Assembly: GCA_022226935.1 (NCBI GenBank)
Contig: CP092081.1
Location: forward strand, 3,471,547 to 3,535,546
Direction of reading: 5' to 3'
Source: Nitrospira sp.
GTDB taxonomy: Bacteria > Nitrospirota > Nitrospiria > Nitrospirales > Nitrospiraceae
DNA length: 64,000 nt
A model generated the notes under the pieces. It saw only the letters and a program-made list of their open reading frames with translations. It ran no database searches and was not told the origin of the DNA. Numbering within the stretch: position 1 is the first letter of the stretch; the number at the start of each line of letters is the position of its first letter. The position numbers and the translations under genes were made by a program. Of this stretch, positions 57,220-64,000 are shown piece by piece.

Positions 57220-59733
57220 CTACAACCACGCCGGGACTGAGGTGCCATCGGCCGCGCGCCATGTGGGCACCCAAGCCAGCGCCACCAGTTTGACGATGAT
57301 ATTCGACTTGGTGGGCTTCAGCGAAATCAGGTCGAGTTTCTCGGTCAAGGGTTCCGTCGCCGCCATCAGCGCGTCGCTTTCCGACTTGAATTGGGCTTCA
57401 AGGTCCGTCAGCTGCTGCTGGAGGGTGGCGACATTTTCTTCCGCGTGCCCCACCTCTTGCGATTCCTTCATCACACGGCCCGCGCTGCGAATTGCCGTCG
57501 TGGCTCGGCCGATGTTCGTCGCGCTGAGGGTCTTGCGGCCGAGAAAGGCCCCGAGAATCGACGCGCCGACAGAAATGACGGCTTGCACCTGGCTGGATCG
57601 AGATTCGTTCTGCTGCTTCTCCCGGGCCTGCTCGGCGCGCCGGACGCGATCCCGCAGGGCCGTGATCTTCGGCGCATATTTTTTCCGCAGGTCGCCGCTG
57701 AGCTTGTCGCGTTGCTCGCGGCCGACCTGCTGCAACCGGACGCGGAAGTCGCGCTCCGACTCGCCTGGCCGCGACAGCGTATTCGTGGTGGGGCTTCGCC
57801 ACAGCTCAAGCTTGTGTGTGCGAAACACCCAGCCGGAGAGATCGCTCTTCCAGACGTCGTATTGTTTCCCCTTGCTCGCGGCACCCGGCAGAGCGGCAAA
57901 CTCCGCGCCGGGGGCTGGTTCGCGTTCAAGATCCGCGACCTGCACATCCGCAGCCGTCGACTGTTCCCACTCCACCGGAACGACGCCGCTGCTGATGGCG
58001 GCCAGGCGAGTGAGATCGTTCGTGGCCTCGACTGCCATTTTGTTCTCGACGAATCGCACCTGCGCCACGCCTAGGACCATCGGCTGATAGAGGAGCGATC
58101 CGCCATGTGGTTGCGAACCGCGAAGCGGAATAAAATATTGCGGCACATCCGGAGGGAGCATGGGCCGGGAAGTCGTCGCCCTCGAGGTTGCACTCGTCGA
58201 TCCGGAAGTCAGCGCGACGCCCTGCTCCTCCTGCCGGCCTGCGTCCGATGGAAGCTGCCGCTTGATCGGATCCATCAGCTGTCTGATCTGCGTGCGTGTG
58301 AGCGGCCCGCGAAGGTAGGACAACGTCCAGCGGGTTTGAAAAACTTCCGGCGCGTCCTCGTGCACATTGTTCAATAGAAAGACCCGGTTGCCGAGCCCGG
58401 CCAGGATTTGCTCCATCTGCTGGCGATCGAACTTCTTGCCGCTACTGGCCGCCGCTCCCTCCAAGCCTTCGATCACCCGCGCCTTGTCGCGCTCCGTTTG
58501 CAAACGACCGATGAACCAGGTGCCTGTATTGGCCAGCCCCTTGTAATCGAGATCGACCGGATTTTGCGTAGCCAGCACAACCCCTAACCCGAACGCGCGC
58601 GCCTGTTTCAAGAGGGTCAAGAGAGGTGCCTTGGACGGAGGATTCGCGACCGGGGGAAAGTACCCGAAAATTTCGTCCATATAGAGGATTGCGCGCAGGC
58701 TGGTGGTGCCGGATTGAGACCGCACCCACCCTAATGTCTGATTGAGCAGCAGGGAGACGAAGAACATCCGCTCGGCGTCGTTCAAATGCGCAATCGAAAA
58801 AATCGCGATACGCGGCTTCCCCGACGGGCCATACAACATGTGCCCGATATCCAGCGCCTCGCCTTCCATCCAGGCGGCAAAACCCGGCGCCGCCAGCAGA
58901 TTGTTCAATTGCATGGCCAAGGCGAATCGCTCTTTTGAAGGGAAGAACGATTCCACATCCAGCACTCCGACTTTGGTCATCGGGGGCATTTGAATCTGGT
59001 GAATCAGGGCCGCCAGGTCGAGGTCGCGCCCCGCTCGCCAGGCACTGTCCAGAATGGAGGACAATAGAATATGCTCCCGGCTCTTGATCGGATCGGCCTG
59101 GAGACCTATGAGGCCCAACACACTCATTACGGTCGTGGCAATCCGTTCGCGCAAGAGCTCCGCATCATCGAGCATTTCGGGTGCAGGAGCGGCAAAGGAT
59201 TTCAGAATCGATACCGGGAGTCCCGCGTTGCTGCCGGGTGTATAGATGACGACGTCCGCCGCATCGCGTAATTTTTGAATCCGCTCGCCACTCTGGCCCC
59301 ATTCGCCTAACCCTTTCTGCCACAGGGCCGCTTGCTGGGCCGCATACTCCGCTGGCGAAAGCCCTTTTTTGCGGGCATCGTCCTCGTTGATCCAGGGCGC
59401 AAAGTCTTCGCCCTGTAGTTGCGGGAAGGTCAGGAGGAGATTGGCGAGATCCCCTTTGGGATCGATCACGATCGCCGGAATCCCGTCAATTGCGGCTTCT
59501 TCCAAGAGTCCGACACAGAGGCCGGTTTTTCCGCTTCCCGTCATCCCGACACAGACCGCATGGGTCACCAGGTCTTTCGAATCGTAGAGCAGCCATCCCG
59601 GCTTGGATTGTTTCGTCGCGAGGGCATAGGGCCGACCGAGATAAAAGACCCCGAGTTTCTCAAACTCTTCCGTCGGGTGCCCCTGGCTAGGTGCGGCAGA
59701 TGGACGAGCCGTTGATCCCTTCTTGGCGGGCAT
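57220..59733 (-). CDS. HerA/FtsK-like P-loop ATPase (DUF87/DUF853-type) with C-terminal coiled coil
   Basis: VCVGMTGSGKT Walker A, VIDPKGD, ILYMDE Walker B, LKQARAFGLGVVLATQNP. Confidence 0.85.
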   Translation of the reverse strand: MPAKKGSTARPSAAPSQGHPTEEFEKLGVFYLGRPYALATKQSKPGWLLYDSKDLVTHAVCVGMTGSGKTGLCVGLLEEAAIDGIPAIVIDPKGDLANLLLTFPQLQGEDFAPWINEDDARKKGLSPAEYAAQQAALWQKGLGEWGQSGERIQKLRDAADVVIYTPGSNAGLPVSILKSFAAPAPEMLDDAELLRERIATTVMSVLGLIGLQADPIKSREHILLSSILDSAWRAGRDLDLAALIHQIQMPPMTKVGVLDVESFFPSKERFALAMQLNNLLAAPGFAAWMEGEALDIGHMLYGPSGKPRIAIFSIAHLNDAERMFFVSLLLNQTLGWVRSQSGTTSLRAILYMDEIFGYFPPVANPPSKAPLLTLLKQARAFGLGVVLATQNPVDLDYKGLANTGTWFIGRLQTERDKARVIEGLEGAAASSGKKFDRQQMEQILAGLGNRVFLLNNVHEDAPEVFQTRWTLSYLRGPLTRTQIRQLMDPIKRQLPSDAGRQEEQGVALTSGSTSATSRATTSRPMLPPDVPQYFIPLRGSQPHGGSLLYQPMVLGVAQVRFVENKMAVEATNDLTRLAAISSGVVPVEWEQSTAADVQVADLEREPAPGAEFAALPGAASKGKQYDVWKSDLSGWVFRTHKLELWRSPTTNTLSRPGESERDFRVRLQQVGREQRDKLSGDLRKKYAPKITALRDRVRRAEQAREKQQNESRSSQVQAVISVGASILGAFLGRKTLSATNIGRATTAIRSAGRVMKESQEVGHAEENVATLQQQLTDLEAQFKSESDALMAATEPLTEKLDLISLKPTKSNIIVKLVALAWVPTWRAADGTSVPAWL

Positions 59734-59946
59734 AGTTCCTCCTCAGCATGCAAACGGATGGGGCCCCTATCGGCCGGGGCCATTGTATGGTTTGACGGAA
59801 ATGTCCGCAAGCAAGTGGAGTGGCTCTCCCTCGGCAAACTCGGGGACTCCTAGGGCCAAACTAGGGAGCCCCCCAGTGTAGGGATTCGTCTCAGTTTCAT
59901 ACAGTCAACCCTGACAAGTCGGACTTTTTACCGTCAATGAGGGGGG

Positions 59947-60225
59947 ATGGACATGAACAGAGGGTGGGCAATTGGAATCGTGGTTTTCCTGGCAGGATGC
60001 GGACCGCACTACACCATTCCGAATTACGATACCAATGAGATTGAAAAAGTGATCTCCAGCGGCCGTTCCCCTCAGGGATGTATCGAGAACCTGAAAGAGG
60101 ACGCCAAGAATTTGAACGTGGAGGTTCGCCTGACCGATGTCCAGCAGCAGCCGTCCTCAGGACCCATCTCCTGGATCTATACGAACACCTACATGTGCAC
60201 GGGAAAAGTGGTGGCCAAAAAATAA
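59947..60225 (+). CDS. Small hypothetical lipoprotein
   Basis: LAGC lipobox, GAGGGGG SD, two further Cys. Confidence 0.75.
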   Translation: MDMNRGWAIGIVVFLAGCGPHYTIPNYDTNEIEKVISSGRSPQGCIENLKEDAKNLNVEVRLTDVQQQPSSGPISWIYTNTYMCTGKVVAKK

Positions 60226-60244
60226 TTCACGAAAGGCTGATACC

Positions 60245-61069
60245 GTGAACACCGCATCCATGTTGCACGCTGCGAATAACCAGGGATGTGCCGACCGGTG
60301 GCCCGGTACCGACACACCCCTGACCCTGCGCTTCCTGGTGACCTTTGATGACGGGCCTCATCCCAATACCGGCAAAGTCCTCCGGCATCTTGCCCGTAAT
60401 ACGGTGCAACCGCATATCAAGGGCATTTTTTTCGTGCAGACGCGGCACGCGAAGCGAGGAGGCTCCTCCGACGGTCGGGCCATGTTGGAGATTGAACGGG
60501 CCGAGGGGCACCTGTTGGGGTTACATACCGGGACCGCAAAAGGGCATCTCAGTCATACCGGCATGTCGCCGGCTGATCTCGAGCGGTCCCTGCTCGACGG
60601 TAAAGAGGACCTCGACCAGATCACCGGAAAACCGACGATGCTCGTCCGCCCTCCCTATTGGTTGTTCAACGCGGCAACCCTGGACTCTTATGGCCGGCAT
60701 CGACTCCACATGCTGTTGTCGGACATCAAAGCCTTCGACGGGGTGAACTGGGGCATTCATCTATTAAGAAAGCTGAATTTCCGCTCTCAGCTGGCCGGGT
60801 TGCGTACTCGATTCCTTCGGGGGACGTTGCCGGTGATGAATCATACCATTCCCATCGTGGTGACCTTTCACGATACGAATTCTTTCACGGCCGAACATCT
60901 GGGCGACTATCTCTCCCTCCTGGTGGAGGAGGCCGCGCGCTTAGGTCTCCCGCTGCATGACAAGCCTTTCCTCGATGATCCGGACGAATTGTTGGCCGCG
61001 GCGCTTCGATGCGCCAGATCCAGCCCTCACCCGGAACGAACCCCGGCCCTTGTCCAGGAGGCACAGTGA
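60245..61069 (+). CDS. Polysaccharide deacetylase family protein
   Basis: LVTFDDGPHP, GLHTG..HLSH, VRPPYW, VTFHD. Start GTG 60245 or ATG 60260. Confidence 0.8.
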   Translation: MNTASMLHAANNQGCADRWPGTDTPLTLRFLVTFDDGPHPNTGKVLRHLARNTVQPHIKGIFFVQTRHAKRGGSSDGRAMLEIERAEGHLLGLHTGTAKGHLSHTGMSPADLERSLLDGKEDLDQITGKPTMLVRPPYWLFNAATLDSYGRHRLHMLLSDIKAFDGVNWGIHLLRKLNFRSQLAGLRTRFLRGTLPVMNHTIPIVVTFHDTNSFTAEHLGDYLSLLVEEAARLGLPLHDKPFLDDPDELLAAALRCARSSPHPERTPALVQEAQ

Positions 61070-61070
61070 T

Positions 61071-61352
61071 ATGGCGTGTCCATCGCAACCTCAGATTGGC
61101 GCCGACGGCGCGTTGGAGCAGGAACTGGCCGCTCTTATTGTGGACACGCTTCACCTGGAGGTCCTGCCCGAGAACATCGATCCGTCAGCCGCGCTCTTCG
61201 GGGAAGGGTTGGGGTTGGATTCCATCGACATGCTGGAAATCGCCCTCTTAGTCTCAAAACGTTATGGCGTGGAATTGCGCTCGGAGAATAAAGCGGCACT
61301 GGCTTCACTCCGGGCATTGGCGATCCACATCGGCCAACATCGGATTCGATGA
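61071..61352 (+). CDS. Acyl carrier protein (XanC/aryl-polyene-type)
   Basis: LFGEGLGLDSIDMLEI with the phosphopantetheine Ser; ends FASLRALA-like motif (LASLRALA). Confidence 0.9.
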   Translation: MACPSQPQIGADGALEQELAALIVDTLHLEVLPENIDPSAALFGEGLGLDSIDMLEIALLVSKRYGVELRSENKAALASLRALAIHIGQHRIR

Positions 61353-62770
61353 TGATGCCGTCAATCGACCACGAGATAGCTCCGGCCTCTCCTGCCCGTC
61401 GCATCGAGACTTCACTGGCGACGGCTGGTGTTCCCCTCGTCGGGCATCCTAGCCTTACAAGCCCGATAGCCTGGCGCTGCGATCGCGCGCATTCCGTCGA
61501 GGAATTCCTGCGTTCCGCGGCAAGTCTCGCGGCGCAGCTTCCCCGCAGACACTTTGCCATCAATCTCTGCCGGGATCGTTACCAGTTTGCCGTGGGATTT
61601 GCCGCCGCTTTGATAGCACGGCAGATCAGTCTGTTGCCCACCTACCGGGCGGCAGAACCTCTCCAGCAATTGGCGCGACAGTATCCTGGCGCCTATGTGC
61701 TCACTGACCACGACGGAGGAGACATTTCCTTACCCCGCTTCTCCCTAAATCAGGAAATATGGCAGAGTTCTGGTCCGGTCGACATCCCCGTGATTCCAAC
61801 CGATCAGATCGCCGCCATCGCGTTTACATCCGGCAGCAGCGGGTTCCCTCAGGCTCACGCCAAAAGTTGGGGGTCCTTGGTCATGGGCGCACGCGCATTG
61901 GGACGACAGTTCGGCCTCACGCAGTCGCCGCCGCGAATTGCTGTGGGAACAGTCCCCGCGCAGCATATGTATGGATTGGAAACCACCATCATGCTGCCGC
62001 TTCAGTGGGGTTGGAGTTTGCACGCCGGCACTTCGATCCTCCCCGCTGATCTTCGGACGGACTTGGAGCATCTGGAGTCGCCGGCCTGGTTGATGACGAC
62101 ACCCTTCCATCTCAAGGCGTTTCTCAGCGAACGCACGAAGCTGCGGGGCCTGGAAGGGATCATCTCGGCCACGATGCCGTTAGACCGGTCCCTCGCGGTC
62201 AACGCCGAGCGGCTTTGGCATGTCCCGGTGCATGAAATTTACGGATGTACGGAAGGGGGCATGCTCGCGACGCGCCGCACGACGGCCGGCGAGAGCTGGA
62301 CCCTGTGCAACGATTTACGGATGCGGCATGCCGAGGACACCACGTGGGTGATGGGCGGACATGTGGGAGCCTGGCTTCAATTGGCGGACCGCATCACGCT
62401 GCGCAGCCAGCGGGAATTTCTTCTCTTGGGGCCCTCCCGTGATTTGGTGAAGGTGGCGGGCAAACGCGCCTCGTTAATGGCGCTCAATGCCGCCCTGAAC
62501 CGCATACAGGGAGTGGTGGATGGCACGTTTTATTGGCCCGATCCGGGACAACCGGGTAACGGCCGGTTGCGGGCCTTCGTCGTCGCCCCCGGAATCACCC
62601 GTGCGGCCATACTTGCCGAGCTTCGAAAACGCATCGATCCGGTCTTTCTTCCCCGCCCGTTATACGTGGTGGACTCACTCCCGCGGAACACCACCGGCAA
62701 ATTACCGCACGAACATTTGAAAACTTTTGCCCGACACATCATGCATCCCCAACAACACGTTCACGAGTAA
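61349..62770 (+). CDS. AMP-dependent ligase, XanA2-like
   Basis: FTSGSSGFPQ (A3), GTVPAQHMYG, EIYGCTEGG, VKVAGKRASL, LPRNTTGKL. Confidence 0.85.
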   Translation: MMMPSIDHEIAPASPARRIETSLATAGVPLVGHPSLTSPIAWRCDRAHSVEEFLRSAASLAAQLPRRHFAINLCRDRYQFAVGFAAALIARQISLLPTYRAAEPLQQLARQYPGAYVLTDHDGGDISLPRFSLNQEIWQSSGPVDIPVIPTDQIAAIAFTSGSSGFPQAHAKSWGSLVMGARALGRQFGLTQSPPRIAVGTVPAQHMYGLETTIMLPLQWGWSLHAGTSILPADLRTDLEHLESPAWLMTTPFHLKAFLSERTKLRGLEGIISATMPLDRSLAVNAERLWHVPVHEIYGCTEGGMLATRRTTAGESWTLCNDLRMRHAEDTTWVMGGHVGAWLQLADRITLRSQREFLLLGPSRDLVKVAGKRASLMALNAALNRIQGVVDGTFYWPDPGQPGNGRLRAFVVAPGITRAAILAELRKRIDPVFLPRPLYVVDSLPRNTTGKLPHEHLKTFARHIMHPQQHVHE

Positions 62771-62773
62771 CGC

Positions 62774-63094
62774 ATGCATTCAGAGACACAGCGACAAATC
62801 CGCCGGGACCACCCGGCTTTGGCCGGGCATTTCCCCGGCAATCCTGTCGTCCCGGGCGTGGTGCTGTTAACCGAGCTGCTGGGAATCCTTGAAGAGGAAA
62901 GCGGTATGGAGTGTGGCCCCCTCACGCTGAGTTCCGTGAAATTCATGCGACTTCTTCGGCCTGAAGAGTCCTTCACACTGCGCTGGCAATTCCTGCCCGG
63001 CCAAGACATCACCTTTGCCGTGACGCGCGAAAAGGACATGATCGCCACAGGCACGATCCGCTGCGGGTGCCTTACCAAGCAGGTCGCATCATGA
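62774..63094 (+). CDS. FabA/FabZ-like hot-dog dehydratase (ApeI-like)
   Basis: HPALAGHFPGNPVVPGVVLL and VKF. Confidence 0.85.
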   Translation: MHSETQRQIRRDHPALAGHFPGNPVVPGVVLLTELLGILEEESGMECGPLTLSSVKFMRLLRPEESFTLRWQFLPGQDITFAVTREKDMIATGTIRCGCLTKQVAS

Positions 63095-64000
63095 GCACCG
63101 GCTGGCGCCATCAGCCGGAACGAGGGAGCCGAAGCCTGATGCGGCTGCTCGTCCTGATCACCCTCTGGGTAGGACGGCCGGTCGCGCGTGGACTGCTTTA
63201 TCCGATCTGTTCCTATTTCCTCGTCTTTTCCGGCGGCGCTCAACGCACGTCGCGCGACTATTTGCGACGCATTCTGAATCGGCCACCGTCGTGGACAGAC
63301 GTCTTTCGGCATTTTCACGCCTTTGCCTCGACGATTCATGACCGGGTGTACCTGCTCTCAGGACGCCATCGGTACTTCGATATTCACACCGAAGGGGCAT
63401 CTGCATTACATGCCATCCTCGCCCAAAACCGCGGCTGCATCTTGTTGGGTTCCCATCTCGGAAGCTTCGAAGTCCTGCGCGCGCAAGGCATCTTCGATCA
63501 CAAGCTGCCGATCACGGTGATCATGCACGAAGCGGCCGCCTCCAACTTAAACGCCGTGCTGCACAACCTGCGCCCCGAGATCCGGGACCGGATTATTCCC
63601 CCCGGAACCGCCGATACGATGCTGGCGGTCAAGGAGCGACTGGATCGCGGGGAAATCGTTGGGATTCTCGGCGACCGCCTGTTCAACGATGAAAAGGGTA
63701 TGGCCTGCGAATTCCTTGGCCAAACCAGAATGTTTCCCGAAGGGCCATTCTTGCTCGCCGCGCTGCTCCAGGTTCCGATCGTGCTGTTTTTTGGTCTGTA
63801 CCAGGGAGGCCGGCAATACCACCTGTATTTTGAGCCCTTGGCCGACAGCATTCCTGTGAACGGCGCCCGCCGGTCGGAAACACTGCGCCCTTGGATCGAG
63901 CGATACGTCGGTCGGTTGGAACATTACTGCCGATTGTCTCCCTATAACTGGTTCAACTTTTATGAAGGTCCCGATCACGCTCGCCACTCTCATCCTGCTG
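63091..64000 (+). CDS. LpxL/HtrB-like acyltransferase of xanthomonadin/aryl-polyene clusters (partial, runs off right edge)
   Basis: Manual translation from ATG 63091: MSTGWRHQPERGS...GCILLGSHLGSFE...IVGILGDR...PYNWFNFYE. No stop in the window. Confidence 0.85.
   Translation, partial: MSTGWRHQPERGSRSLMRLLVLITLWVGRPVARGLLYPICSYFLVFSGGAQRTSRDYLRRILNRPPSWTDVFRHFHAFASTIHDRVYLLSGRHRYFDIHTEGASALHAILAQNRGCILLGSHLGSFEVLRAQGIFDHKLPITVIMHEAAASNLNAVLHNLRPEIRDRIIPPGTADTMLAVKERLDRGEIVGILGDRLFNDEKGMACEFLGQTRMFPEGPFLLAALLQVPIVLFFGLYQGGRQYHLYFEPLADSIPVNGARRSETLRPWIERYVGRLEHYCRLSPYNWFNFYEGPDHARHSHPA
63962..64000 (+). CDS. Probable start of the next exported protein (MKVPITLATLILL...)
   Basis: Overlapping-frame ATG followed by Lys and a hydrophobic core typical of a signal peptide. 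Only 13 codons are visible. Confidence 0.35.
   Translation, partial: MKVPITLATLILL

Noticed and set aside
1-64000. rRNA, tRNA, riboswitches, transposases, prophage genes
   Set aside because: None recognised by eye. Intergenic gaps are short and no cloverleaf or rRNA signatures were seen. An Rfam scan would be needed to exclude small RNAs.

Overview
High-GC bacterial window. Gene content and intergenic repeats look Nitrospira-like (inference, no database check). Left half (1-27.6 kb) is mostly housekeeping: partial TPR gene, secA, a MidA/NDUFAF7-type methyltransferase heading a complete canonical complex I operon (nuoA-B-CD-E-F-G-H-I-J-K-L-M-N), YihY, site-2 protease, deacetylase, GNAT, VOC, a DapF with both catalytic Cys replaced by Ser, and uvrC. 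Three families of intergenic repeats are interspersed. Right half (27.9-64 kb) is accessory: (i) a five-gene exported operon ending in a split, compact copper-amine-oxidase-like pair; (ii) a LuxR with no adjacent luxI, followed by a correctly positioned lux-box-like palindrome, an uncharacterised nitroreductase-fold gene and an atypical ketosynthase; (iii) a signalling island with a pseudo-receiver regulator, two hybrid PAS kinases, a 1986-aa GAF/PAS kinase and three response regulators; (iv) a patatin-TM-GNAT fusion; (v) a HerA-like ATPase; (vi) the start of a xanthomonadin/aryl-polyene-like cluster. The best candidates for undescribed systems are the LuxR/lux-box/oxidoreductase/ketosynthase module and the split amine-oxidase-like operon. 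No rRNA, tRNA, CRISPR array or transposase was recognised. All domain calls come from motifs read by eye, not from searches.
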